Source: an uncultured virus (IMG/VR IMGVR_UViG_2724679134_000002) (lineage: Duplodnaviria > Heunggongvirae > Uroviricota > Caudoviricetes). Taken from it: a stretch of 64,000 bases of DNA. The notes beneath the pieces are model-generated. The model searched no databases, was not told where the DNA came from, and saw only the letters and a list, made by a program, of their open reading frames with translations. Within the stretch, counting starts at the first letter, position 1, and every line of letters starts with the position of its first letter. The position numbers were made by a program, and so were the translations under genes. This document shows, in pieces, positions 49,972 through 59,652 of the stretch. The stretch is from IMG/VR virus record IMGVR_UViG_2724679134_000002; one strand, given 5' to 3'.

Positions 49972-51609
49972 ATGTTTAAAGATAATTCGGATTTTTATCC
50001 AACACCACCACAGATAATCCGAAAAATGACATCTAAAGTAGAATGGAAGTACATAAACTCTGTTCTGGAGCCGTCAGCAGGCAAAGGGAACTTAGCAGAA
50101 GCCATTTACACTCAATTTAAAAACACCAGCAACTATAGAAGGAATTCGAAATATGACATTGATACAATTGAACAAGATGAAAACTTACGGCACATACTTA
50201 AAGGCAAAGATTACAGAGTGATAGCAGATGACTTTTTAACGTTCAGCACTTACAAGAAATACGATTTGATTTTTATGAATCCACCTTTTAGCAGCGGTGT
50301 TAAACACTTATTGAAGGCGATTGAATTAATTGAGAAGCAACAAAGATCCGGCCAGATTGTTTGCTTGCTAAATGCCGAAACATTAAAAAATCCGTATTCA
50401 AATGCCAGGAAATTTCTCATACGTAAACTAGAAGAAATAAATGCAGAAGTCGAATACATTCATAACGGTTTCCAGGGTTCAGAGCGAAGCACAGAAGTTG
50501 AAACAGCACTAATTTACATAAGCATTGAAAAACAAGAATATGACAGTGTTCTAATAGAAGAATTGAAAAAAGATGAGTCCCATAAAATCAGTGCCGATTA
50601 TAAAGCAACACAGTTAGTGAATGCAGACTTTATAAAAGGGATTGTAGAACAGTTCAATTATGAAATTAAAGCGGGTTTAAAATTAATCAATGAATATAAC
50701 AGTTTAAAACCATTAATGCTGCATAGTTTCAATGATGACAGTACTCCAATATTGAAGCTGCAAATTGATAAGAATACCGAAGAAAATGACATAGAGAATG
50801 CATATTTAAAACAAATTAGGGCGAAGTATTGGAATACGTTATTTAACAATGATCAGTTTATGGGGCTCTTTACAAGCAACCTGAAACAAAAGTATTTGCA
50901 GCACGTTGAGGAATTAAAAGATTATGACTTTTCTTTGTTCAATATCTATACATTAAGAATTCAGATGAGCAAAGAGATGACGCAGGGCGTAGAAGATACA
51001 ATACTTAATCTTTTTGAAGAATTTAGCCACAAGCATTACTATGATGAATCCTCAAAAAATGTGCATTTATATAATGGGTGGAAAACAAATAAATCATATA
51101 AAATTAATAAAAAAATAATTATTCCATTGAACGTGTATAGCTGGCTAGATGGTCGGTATAATCCAACAGACTATAAGGTCTTAGAAAAGTTGAAAGATAT
51201 CGAAAAAGTTTTCAATTATCTTGACAATGGATTGACAGAAGACATCAATATTGTTGAAACTTTAAAATTAGCTGAGCATTATGGGGAGACGAAAAAAATA
51301 GAGTTAAAGTACTTCTATGTAACTTTTTATAAAAAAGGGACATGTCACATCGAGTTCAAAGATATGGAAATTCTAAAGAAATTTAATATCTTTGGCAGCC
51401 AAAAGAAAAACTGGCTTCCTCCTTCGTATGGCAAGGTAAAATATCAGGATATGACGGCAGAAGAAAAAGACGTAATCAATGATTTTGAGGGTGCGCAATC
51501 TTACAGTGATACGGTAAATAACGCTTCTTATTATATCTTGGATACATCGAAGCTTCTCATGCTTACATCGAACTCTAGTGCGGGGCAAGCAATGCTGTAT
51601 TTTAAGTGA
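49972..51609 (+). CDS. SAM-dependent amino-(N6-adenine-type) DNA methyltransferase, DUF4942-like
   Basis: DFYPTP, VLEPSAGKG (SAM binding), MNPPF (catalytic), FYKKGTCHIEF C-terminal motif. Confidence 0.85.
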   Translation: MFKDNSDFYPTPPQIIRKMTSKVEWKYINSVLEPSAGKGNLAEAIYTQFKNTSNYRRNSKYDIDTIEQDENLRHILKGKDYRVIADDFLTFSTYKKYDLIFMNPPFSSGVKHLLKAIELIEKQQRSGQIVCLLNAETLKNPYSNARKFLIRKLEEINAEVEYIHNGFQGSERSTEVETALIYISIEKQEYDSVLIEELKKDESHKISADYKATQLVNADFIKGIVEQFNYEIKAGLKLINEYNSLKPLMLHSFNDDSTPILKLQIDKNTEENDIENAYLKQIRAKYWNTLFNNDQFMGLFTSNLKQKYLQHVEELKDYDFSLFNIYTLRIQMSKEMTQGVEDTILNLFEEFSHKHYYDESSKNVHLYNGWKTNKSYKINKKIIIPLNVYSWLDGRYNPTDYKVLEKLKDIEKVFNYLDNGLTEDINIVETLKLAEHYGETKKIELKYFYVTFYKKGTCHIEFKDMEILKKFNIFGSQKKNWLPPSYGKVKYQDMTAEEKDVINDFEGAQSYSDTVNNASYYILDTSKLLMLTSNSSAGQAMLYFK

Positions 51610-51655
51610 AAAAATAAAATAAAATGCATATTTTAAACAGAATGGAGAGATTAAA

Positions 51656-51898
51656 ATGAATCAAAACACAATGGGCAACTTAGGAGAGATTAGGCAGTTA
51701 CAAAATAAATTAGCATTAAAAAGAGTTAAATTATCGTCTGTTGAGTTAAATGATGAGGAATTAAACAAAATTGATGAAATGCTATCAGATTTTGATACCG
51801 TACTTAGAAATTTGTCTTTAAATAAAAATGCATTAAGAGATTATCAATTTGGCGGTTTATTGAGTGTTTTAGAAGACATGAAGAAAAAGAATTATTGA
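51656..51898 (+). CDS. Hypothetical protein
   Basis: 80 aa, GGAGAG RBS, bounded by two 28-bp sites. Confidence 0.7.
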   Translation: MNQNTMGNLGEIRQLQNKLALKRVKLSSVELNDEELNKIDEMLSDFDTVLRNLSLNKNALRDYQFGGLLSVLEDMKKKNY

Positions 51899-51935
51899 TA
51901 AAACAACAATTTTACATATACAGGAGAGGAACTTT

Positions 51936-52322
51936 ATGGAGGAAAAGGATAAAAGGGATTATTGGGCTTCACTAAACAAAAAAGAGAAGTTAATCGTCAC
52001 TCAGTTATTGAAAAAGCGCCCATATACAAGAAAAGGGAACAGATCATACACGAGGTTATACGATTTTGATGGAAATTACTACTGCCCTATCAGTGACATA
52101 TGGATAAGCAAGGACTTCCTTGAAGATATTTTCCGAGCGATGGAATCTGATGAAAGGTTCAAAACCTTTGGTTTCAATTATGACACTGATACAAAACTTT
52201 ATGAATTTGAAATAAACAATTATGAGGGCGATTATCTTAGTTCTTCCGATAAAAGGCTTGAAGATGCTGTTGTCAACACCACATACCAAATGTTGATTAA
52301 TATGAAGGAGGATCTCAAATAA
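51936..52322 (+). CDS. Hypothetical protein
   Basis: 128 aa, AGGAGAGG RBS. Confidence 0.7.
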   Translation: MEEKDKRDYWASLNKKEKLIVTQLLKKRPYTRKGNRSYTRLYDFDGNYYCPISDIWISKDFLEDIFRAMESDERFKTFGFNYDTDTKLYEFEINNYEGDYLSSSDKRLEDAVVNTTYQMLINMKEDLK

Positions 52323-52567
52323 TGGCTAAATGTAATGATTGTGGTAACGAACGTTTTTTCTACCTAGAGGTGTCGGTGTCAGCTAAACAACTCATTGATA
52401 CAACAGGTGGAGCAAGGAACGGAAAGATTTATGATGTAGACTATTCAGATTCAGGGATAGACAATATCTTCAATGAAGGTAGTTTCATTTGCAAAAAATG
52501 TGAATCAAGAAACGTTGAACATGAGGATGGAGAAGGTGACTATAGGTTATACAATAAATCTGAATAA
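52322..52567 (+). CDS. Small zinc-ribbon protein
   Basis: CNDC...CKKC; AGGAGG RBS; stop codon lies inside a 28-bp site. Confidence 0.72.
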   Translation: MAKCNDCGNERFFYLEVSVSAKQLIDTTGGARNGKIYDVDYSDSGIDNIFNEGSFICKKCESRNVEHEDGEGDYRLYNKSE

Positions 52568-52615
52568 AACAGCAGTTTCAAACAGACAAGGGGGATTGAA
52601 ATGAAAGCGTCAAAG

Positions 52616-53392
52616 TTATTCAAATCTAAATCCGATTCCGCCATCTACAATAATGTTTTGTCCCGTAACAAAAGATGCATCATCAGAAAGGAGCCATTTT
52701 ACTGCTTTTGCTGCTTCGAACGGATCACCAATTCTGCCTAGCGCATTTAACTTTTGATAGGATTCATTTAGCTTTAACTTTTCCTCTGAAGATAAGGTTA
52801 AGAATTTTTCTTCTAGCATAGACGTACGAAATGCACCTGGACAAAGAGAGTTAATCCTTATATTTTTATGACCATATTCTTGAGCAACTGATTTCGTCAA
52901 AGCAATAACACCGCTTTTTCCAGCAGCATACACGCCAGTTCCTGCCGAACATAAGAGAGCATCCATTGAAGATGTATTAACAATGACACCACTGTTTTGT
53001 TTTGTCATCACTTGTAGCTGATATTTCATACAAAGCCATACACTCTTCAAAGTAACATTAATTAAATGGTCAAAGTCTTCTTCCTTAAACTGATGTGTAG
53101 CATTAGAGGGAGCCTCCGCGTTCGCCGCGTTATTGAAGCCAATATCTATCTTCCCAAATGTAGAGTATGTTTGGTTAACAAGGTGTTTGACATCCTGACT
53201 ATTCGTTACATCTGTTTTAATAAAAGTGGATTTAGGTGACCACTTTCTTAATGTAGAAAGGGCTTCTTCTCCTTTTTCAACACTTCTAGAGGCAATAACA
53301 ACATACATGCCTTCTTTTGCTAATAATTCTGCTGTAGCAAAACCAATGCCCGATGTTCCACCTGTAATGATACCTACCTTTTCTTCAAACAT
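52616..53392 (-). CDS. Classical short-chain dehydrogenase/reductase (SDR)
   Basis: TGGTSGIG, NNA, NTSS, YAAGK, NSLCPG, VTGQNIIVDGG; ATG 53392 after AAGGGGAG. Confidence 0.92.
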   Translation of the reverse strand: MFEEKVGIITGGTSGIGFATAELLAKEGMYVVIASRSVEKGEEALSTLRKWSPKSTFIKTDVTNSQDVKHLVNQTYSTFGKIDIGFNNAANAEAPSNATHQFKEEDFDHLINVTLKSVWLCMKYQLQVMTKQNSGVIVNTSSMDALLCSAGTGVYAAGKSGVIALTKSVAQEYGHKNIRINSLCPGAFRTSMLEEKFLTLSSEEKLKLNESYQKLNALGRIGDPFEAAKAVKWLLSDDASFVTGQNIIVDGGIGFRFE

Positions 53393-53587
53393 ATATTTCT
53401 CCCCTTCTGAGTTCAATGAAATCCGAATAGATTAATTCTATCAAATTTTCGGAACTTTTTTTAGAGAAAAACAAGAAAATGAGGGTATGATGTGATGCTT
53501 TAGCACAGCAGGTTAAATAGGATGGTCTTAGTTGTATGCTTTGGTTGTATAATTAAGGTAAGATTACTTTGAAAAGGAGAAATAAAT

Positions 53588-53782
53588 ATGAAACAATTTC
53601 GATTTAAGGGTACAGTGGTGTTATTAGATAATGAATTGTGGTGTGTAAAAGATGAAAATAGCGTAATTCAAGATGCAGGTGAGTTATTAACCGGAATTGA
53701 TATATTAACGGAAAATAATGTGCCAGGCAGCTTTGAACTAATTGAAGGTGATGAAATTGAAGTCATTGTTAAAAGAAAATAA
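53588..53782 (+). CDS. Hypothetical protein
   Basis: 64 aa, AAAGGAG RBS, upstream TATAAT. Confidence 0.65.
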   Translation: MKQFRFKGTVVLLDNELWCVKDENSVIQDAGELLTGIDILTENNVPGSFELIEGDEIEVIVKRK

Positions 53783-53844
53783 ATTGAACATTTCACATTA
53801 ATAAAATAAAACAAGTCTTTTATTCTAAAAGAGAGATGTGAACA

Positions 53845-54543
53845 ATGGTAAATGTCTTAACTAATATCTTGAAAAATGACAGATTGGATGAATATCCATT
53901 ATTTAAAAAGTTTTGTTTTCTCAAAGAAAAAGGGTTACGTAAGGGATCCTTTAAAGCATTATCTTCCTTTATTGATGAAGCAAAGACGTGGGATAATAAT
54001 GCACAACAAGATTTCGCTTGTTGGCTATTTACTTTATTTGAAACATCAGATGATATTCACCATATACTCGTTCATCCTTTGGAAAAGGAACTTTTAAAGC
54101 CTTTACTTGAGGTATGGATGAAGAGTAATCCCGAAGATCCGAAGCCATATAGGTGGTATGGCGTGTTTTTAAATGCTGAAAAACCTGTCGATTACTTAAA
54201 CAATGCACTTAGACTTGGTGGCAGCAATGAACAATTATCCTTATTAACGCTAATCGATATAAATTTGAACGGCCTTTGGTATTCATTTCATCATATATCC
54301 GAAGATTTGTATCTTGGCGATATTAAAGAAGATACAGCACTTATTACTAAGTCACTGCAGTTAAACAACAAGGTAGAATGTCAACAAACAAGAAATAACA
54401 ATAGCGAAGCACTTAACTATTATCAAGATCTGTTGAATGACTGGGTGTTGTTTAAAGAAAAACAATCAAAGGGATTTATTGAATGGTGTGAAAATAAGGG
54501 TAGAAATTATCATTGGGTCAAAGCTTATTATTACGAAAAATAA
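53845..54543 (+). CDS. Hypothetical alpha-helical protein
   Basis: 232 aa ORF directly after a 28-bp site. Confidence 0.72.
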   Translation: MVNVLTNILKNDRLDEYPLFKKFCFLKEKGLRKGSFKALSSFIDEAKTWDNNAQQDFACWLFTLFETSDDIHHILVHPLEKELLKPLLEVWMKSNPEDPKPYRWYGVFLNAEKPVDYLNNALRLGGSNEQLSLLTLIDINLNGLWYSFHHISEDLYLGDIKEDTALITKSLQLNNKVECQQTRNNNSEALNYYQDLLNDWVLFKEKQSKGFIEWCENKGRNYHWVKAYYYEK

Positions 54544-54878
54544 CAATTGAGTGTAGCTTTTTTGTTAATTGCAAGCTTGTTTTAATTTTAAATAAAAACC
54601 ATTTGAATTAGACAGTTTAATCTTGAATTGATCTTGCTTTGGCGACTGTCAGAAAGCTATACAGAGACGAATTGGAGAGGTATCCAAGGTAGCTATTGGA
54701 TAAAGTATGCACATACCTAAACATCGAACTGCATGAGTTGTTGATATTTCAAAAAGACAAAATCGTATCGATCGTTCCGGATGAAAATGGTATACTAAAG
54801 TTACATAGTTAGGAAGGAATTACAAATTTTCTAGGTCTACATAAAATCATACTTTCACAGAGAATAGGAGAGGTTATA

Positions 54879-55115
54879 ATGCAAAATACAGTAAAAGTAA
54901 CTTTCAATGTAAACGGAGTAGAAATCAAAACAAAAGCGGGTGTACCACAAATGCCAAACGGTATTAATGCAGATAATATGATTGTTTTGCATGCCAAAAG
55001 AAATTTGGAGAAAAATCTCGGGATTGATATTTATGAGGTTATGAATGCAGAACATTATGATGATATTGAACATCTCGTTACTATTGACAAATCAGGCTAT
55101 CCTCAAGGTGTTTAA
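54879..55115 (+). CDS. Hypothetical protein
   Basis: 78 aa, AGGAGAGG RBS, flanked by two 28-bp sites. Confidence 0.72.
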   Translation: MQNTVKVTFNVNGVEIKTKAGVPQMPNGINADNMIVLHAKRNLEKNLGIDIYEVMNAEHYDDIEHLVTIDKSGYPQGV

Positions 55116-55172
55116 ATAAAATCATTCTTTTAAAGAGATTATCAGTCAAGAAATATACGGTTGGAGGGTTAT

Positions 55173-55733
55173 ATGAACATAGATTTTAAAATTACAGAAC
55201 TTCTTACATTACCTGCGGCGATTATGACAGCCATATCAATAGCAAGTGGTATCCTTCTTTTTTCGCCGCTAGCATTCTTAGACAAGTTGTTTATGCTTGG
55301 TTTTCGAGAAAAATATGGATTCATTATTGGGCTTGTATTTTTGCTTTCTGTTTCTATATTAATCGTTAATTTAATTATTCAAACATTCAAAACAATCTCT
55401 AAAAATAAAATTCAAAAGGAGTTTTATGCTACTGCTGAAAAACGTTTGCGTGAACTTACTATTTTACAAAAAGCGATAGTTTATGAATTATTTAAACAAG
55501 ATGATCGTACTTTGCCATTACCTATTCATAACGGTGCAGTTATTGAGCTTGAACAGAATCTGGTTATCGGTAAAGCAGCTTCGCAGTACTTTGTTGAAGA
55601 CCTGAATAATGCATCTATTCCCTATCATCTTCAGCCTTGGGTATCTGGTGAATTAAATAGTAAACCTGAGTTATTATATGATTTTGAGGAAGCTTGTAAA
55701 ATACAATATGATAAAGAAAATAGTTTTTGGTGA
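55173..55733 (+). CDS. Probable superinfection exclusion protein B (SieB) family membrane protein
   Basis: Two N-terminal TM helices (..SGILLFSP..KYGFIIGLVFLLS..) then RLRELTILQKAIVYEL..NGAVIELEQNLVI domain. Confidence 0.65.
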   Translation: MNIDFKITELLTLPAAIMTAISIASGILLFSPLAFLDKLFMLGFREKYGFIIGLVFLLSVSILIVNLIIQTFKTISKNKIQKEFYATAEKRLRELTILQKAIVYELFKQDDRTLPLPIHNGAVIELEQNLVIGKAASQYFVEDLNNASIPYHLQPWVSGELNSKPELLYDFEEACKIQYDKENSFW

Positions 55734-55801
55734 CAAAAATAAAATTAAGTCTGTTGTATTACCTATTTTTGTTCCGCATTTTAAAGGGAGGGTGAAGACT
55801 T

Positions 55802-56029
55802 ATGGCAGCCAAAATGATAACTGTCTGGTACAAATACGATGATAAAGGCAACAAAGCCAAACTGAATCATATTGAAGATGGATGGGCGAACGGAGAATAT
55901 CCAATGCCAATAGATACGTCGTTCACAAATCAAGAAGCGTGGAAGAAAAGTGATTGGGAAAGGAAACATGCTTACTTAGATGAACAATACCAAGTATTGA
56001 ACGTTCCACCAGCAAATTGGATTAAATAA
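55802..56029 (+). CDS. Hypothetical phage protein
   Basis: 75 aa, GGGAGGG RBS. Confidence 0.7.
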   Translation: MAAKMITVWYKYDDKGNKAKLNHIEDGWANGEYPMPIDTSFTNQEAWKKSDWERKHAYLDEQYQVLNVPPANWIK

Positions 56030-56041
56030 TGAATGGAGTGA

Positions 56042-56284
56042 ATGGTTTTGTCAGATCCAATTAGATTCTATCACATTAAAACTGATGAAATTTTCATGGT
56101 ACATATGAGAGAAGAAACATACATGAAAATCGCGGAAAAAGGAAGTAAATATTACGACCTGTGCAAGCACTTAGCTTACTACGGTTGGCGACCTGGAGAG
56201 GAAGAAGAATTAAACGAAATAAAATCGAAATATAAAAAAGTTGAATCATTTAACGAGTTTAGTGGATTAGCTGATCGAATCTAA
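56042..56284 (+). CDS. Hypothetical protein
   Basis: 80 aa, GGAG RBS. Confidence 0.65.
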   Translation: MVLSDPIRFYHIKTDEIFMVHMREETYMKIAEKGSKYYDLCKHLAYYGWRPGEEEELNEIKSKYKKVESFNEFSGLADRI

Positions 56285-56334
56285 AAATTTTTATAAAAGA
56301 AGTAATTTAAAGAGAAATAAAAAGAGCATTGATT

Positions 56335-56526
56335 TTAAATGCTCTTTTTCATCCCACATCGCCGACACTCACGTAAGAACTGACCACTCTTTACTGAGCT
56401 TTTGAACAACGCATAATCACAATTATCGCAGCGTCCAAACTTTACATCTGGATACTCCTTATAATCATAAATTACTGAGATATCATAACCGTTTGTCTCA
56501 TAATTTTCTTCCAAATGATCACCCAC
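56335..56526 (-). CDS. Small zinc-ribbon protein
   Basis: CDNC...CRRC; ends in a bidirectional terminator at 56319-56349. Confidence 0.6.
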   Translation of the reverse strand: MGDHLEENYETNGYDISVIYDYKEYPDVKFGRCDNCDYALFKSSVKSGQFLRECRRCGMKKSI

Positions 56527-56582
56527 ATAGTTTATTTACTTGTTAAGAATACCAAATCTCGTACGATAAAGGGAGGGGTACA

Positions 56583-56834
56583 ATGATTGGATTAGCTTAT
56601 TTTTTAATTATCTGGCTGGGATATGGTTAGCTCACAGGTATTAAGTTTATTTTTGTTGACCAGGTCTATGATGAAGAGTTTAAAGAACTCATGGATAAAG
56701 AAACAACAGCGGGCATGGAAAGGAATTTGGTCAGCCTGTTTTTCAAAAATAAGCTTAACGTTATTGCCTTTTTTATGTTAATTGGTTTGCTGCCATTAGC
56801 AATGAGAATTACAAAATTATTTAGAAGAGGTTGA
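56583..56834 (+). pseudogene. yopE: yopE-like membrane protein gene with an in-frame TAG at codon 16
   Basis: MIGLAYFLIIWLGYG*LTGIKFIFVDQVYDEEFKELMDKE..RITKLFRRG; strong RBS; frame continues to 56834. Confidence 0.75.
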
Positions 56835-56837
56835 TTT

Positions 56838-57053
56838 ATGCCTTTGCTTGATTATTTTTATGTGCTGCAATTTGAAAACAACGAATACTTCAAATCATTT
56901 AAGTTAGATGAGAGGGGTTATTTAACCTCTAATGACCTTCATGGAGCTTCTAAAATGCAAACAATGTTAGAGGTCATTGAGGTAGCAAGTGAGCTCAAAA
57001 CGAAGTGTAATGTGCAATGTGAGGTAAGGGAAATTCAAGTGGTGACCCGGTAA
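56838..57053 (+). CDS. yopF: YopF-like protein
   Basis: 71 aa, synteny between yopE and yopG. Confidence 0.7.
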   Translation: MPLLDYFYVLQFENNEYFKSFKLDERGYLTSNDLHGASKMQTMLEVIEVASELKTKCNVQCEVREIQVVTR

Positions 57054-57064
57054 GGGGTGTTCAG

Positions 57065-57196
57065 GTGTATTGGATAGAGTGGATTGAAGAAGGGAAAAAG
57101 AAAAGCATTGTTGCCGAAGGATGGATTGAATGGGCTGCTTTACTTGAAGACTTGTATCAAAAGCAACTGGATTACGTTGAATGGAAAAGACTTTGA
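57065..57196 (+). CDS. yopG: YopG-like Trp-rich 43-aa protein (not in ORF track)
   Basis: MYWIEWIEEGKKKSIVAEGWIEWAALLEDLYQKQLDYVEWKRL; AAGGGG RBS. Confidence 0.72.
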   Translation: MYWIEWIEEGKKKSIVAEGWIEWAALLEDLYQKQLDYVEWKRL

Positions 57197-57242
57197 AAAG
57201 AGGTGAAATGCGATTGGGAAATTAGTTGTATTATCAAGCTTC

Positions 57243-57509
57243 ATGGGAATTGTTTTATCAATTATTGGGCAATTATTTGGAATCTTAAGCGATTTCTTTA
57301 TCCCAGGTATTGCACGGTTAATAGGGGTTTTAGCGGGTTTACTGGTATTACTTAGTCTTAAGTCAAGAAGTAATGATGTGCAGGTATTTATAGTGGAATC
57401 AAGTACGGCTTTAGGAATAATGGGTGCAGGAGTTTTGTATTTTCCAGCTGCGATTATCAATGTCTTAATAGGCTTCAAGTTAAACAAAAAGATGAGAGAG
57501 GAACACTAA
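57243..57509 (+). CDS. Small multi-TM membrane protein
   Basis: Hydrophobic 88 aa ORF; true start uncertain. Confidence 0.55.
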   Translation: MGIVLSIIGQLFGILSDFFIPGIARLIGVLAGLLVLLSLKSRSNDVQVFIVESSTALGIMGAGVLYFPAAIINVLIGFKLNKKMREEH

Positions 57510-57538
57510 ATAGAGCGGATCTGAGAGGAACGTATAAA

Positions 57539-58333
57539 TTGAAAATAAATCAAACTTCAACTTCTTATCAAAAAGATACTGATTCATTTAGAGAATTCAT
57601 TAAGTATAATATAAACTCGATTAAGAGGACATTAATTGAAACAGAGCAATTATTAAACAAAGTAGGTTTTTTGAAGCTTCTTTTGCTTTTTTCTGTATCA
57701 TTATCATGGATAACCTATGTAATTTATTTTGAGCATGTTGGCAATTTTATACTGAGATTGTCTCAAGGGAATATTTTTATAGCAAATTTAGTGTTGCCTG
57801 TATTTCAGACGTTTCCCTTACTTCTATGTTTTCTCTATGTTTTTAAAGGCAATTACAGCGCATTGTTCTTTAAAGTAAAATCCTCAAGAATCTTGATATA
57901 CATTATTTTGGGAGTATTAACTGAGATTATACTTTCGCTTAACATAGTCCTCTTACTAAAAGGAATAAAGCCAAGTGCAAATCCTGCAATTGAGGATCCA
58001 ATCGGTATTACTATTTATAGTTTATCGATTAGTCTTATAGCAGAGCAAATTTTGTTCTTTTCAGTGTATTACTTTTTCTTTTTATTGTTTTTGAAACTGA
58101 AACTTAACAATAAAATTGCCGTAATTATATCTTTAATTCCAGCCATTTTAATTTTTGGTCTCGCGCATTTGTCAGTATATAACGGTAATATTCTTCAATG
58201 CGTTTTCTTAATCGGCTTACCTTTTACTTTAATGCAATTTTTTTTGTTTTTCCGGTCAGGAAACTTTTTTATTGGATACATAGTGCACTTGTCATTTGAT
58301 ATTACTATACTATTAATCGCTAAATTACCGTAG
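57539..58333 (+). CDS. CPBP/Abi (CAAX protease-like) intramembrane protein
   Basis: Multiple TMs; AEQILF (degenerate EExxxR), FGLAH, HLSFD motifs. Confidence 0.75.
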   Translation: MKINQTSTSYQKDTDSFREFIKYNINSIKRTLIETEQLLNKVGFLKLLLLFSVSLSWITYVIYFEHVGNFILRLSQGNIFIANLVLPVFQTFPLLLCFLYVFKGNYSALFFKVKSSRILIYIILGVLTEIILSLNIVLLLKGIKPSANPAIEDPIGITIYSLSISLIAEQILFFSVYYFFFLLFLKLKLNNKIAVIISLIPAILIFGLAHLSVYNGNILQCVFLIGLPFTLMQFFLFFRSGNFFIGYIVHLSFDITILLIAKLP

Positions 58334-58401
58334 TTGCCATAATGGTAAGCTGCATTGTTTATTGTGCTACGTTTTAAAAATTAAAAATGAAGGTGAAAAG
58401 T

Positions 58402-58941
58402 ATGAGCAATAACAAAGACCAAGCCATTAATAAACTTCTTTCTTTTATTGAATCGGATGAAAAAGTTGCTTTAATGACTGGAACAAACATGTTTAAGAAA
58501 CATGATCTTGTTTTTAAAACGATAACCGAGAATTTCGTTGGATCAAGAATTTTGCTTCGAACGAGCAGCTTAAATGATGCTAAGGAGTTTATGAAGGCAA
58601 CCGGAACTTTAAAAACAGGAGTTCCTTATAATTTGAACGGAAGTACCATTTATATTGACACTGTTACTAGAAGCACATGGGATAAGGCACCAAATGATTT
58701 AGATTTTGCAATTGTTTACCCTCTTATGCCTCTGACAAAACAAAAGCTTAGAGAAGAGTTATTGAAGGATATTACTTTCTTCAAAAATGTTAAAAAAATA
58801 TTATTAGTGAGTTCGCAAGATACATTTGATATGTCTTGGGCAGATGATTTCATCAAAACAAAAATCATTTATGATGTTTTAGAAGAGGATCCTGATTATC
58901 ATTATAGAGTCTTAGAAAATTTAAAAAGATATAATTTATAA
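58402..58941 (+). CDS. Hypothetical protein (possibly a degenerate P-loop fold)
   Basis: Long ORF; ALMTGTNMFKKH N-terminal loop. Confidence 0.65.
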   Translation: MSNNKDQAINKLLSFIESDEKVALMTGTNMFKKHDLVFKTITENFVGSRILLRTSSLNDAKEFMKATGTLKTGVPYNLNGSTIYIDTVTRSTWDKAPNDLDFAIVYPLMPLTKQKLREELLKDITFFKNVKKILLVSSQDTFDMSWADDFIKTKIIYDVLEEDPDYHYRVLENLKRYNL

Positions 58942-58959
58942 TAGCAGAAGAGGTTAAAA

Positions 58960-59622
58960 ATGATTGAAAAAATGTTGCATCATAATTTACGTATTTGTTT
59001 TCCAAACAAAAGAATTTTTATTTCTAGAGACCATAATTTCGCATTTGCAGCTTGGGAAATAGGAAGATTAAGGGGATACATACAGCCTGGGGCGTCACTA
59101 ATTCATATTGATTCGCATTTAGATTATTGTGACAATCCAATAGATGTTTCGAATATAAAAGAGGAAAGTCAGGCAGTTGAGATCGCAAATCAATTAGATA
59201 TTACAGAATTTATCATACCAGCACAAAAAAATGGCACATTAAAAGGTTGTTTTACAATTAGCGATGATACGGTATACGTTGAACAATCTAAAATTTTTCA
59301 AAGAGCATATACATACAATCATTATGAACAAGTTTTGAGAGAAGATTGGTACAAGGAAACAGAGGGTACAAGTTTGATTCTTGATCTGGACTTAGATTAT
59401 TTTAATAAAAATTACTTAGATTATAACTCTAATGCTTTGTTATTACCTGAAGAAGCCATAAGGACTCAATTATTAAACATGAAAGAGAAAATGTGGAATT
59501 GGGATATGATAACTGTAGCTTTATCACCAGAATTTTGTGGTGGTGAAAAGGAGTGTGACTACTTATTAAACCTCTTTTTAGACGTGTTCGATTTAAAACT
59601 TGAAGATGGAGCGCTATGGTGA
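58960..59622 (+). CDS. UPF0489-family (arginase/deacetylase-like) metallohydrolase
   Basis: DHN..FAAWE, IHIDSHLD, LDLDLDYF and TVALSPEFC motifs. Confidence 0.75.
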   Translation: MIEKMLHHNLRICFPNKRIFISRDHNFAFAAWEIGRLRGYIQPGASLIHIDSHLDYCDNPIDVSNIKEESQAVEIANQLDITEFIIPAQKNGTLKGCFTISDDTVYVEQSKIFQRAYTYNHYEQVLREDWYKETEGTSLILDLDLDYFNKNYLDYNSNALLLPEEAIRTQLLNMKEKMWNWDMITVALSPEFCGGEKECDYLLNLFLDVFDLKLEDGALW

Positions 59623-59652
59623 AATCAAAAACAATTGTTTTAAGGAGTTATT

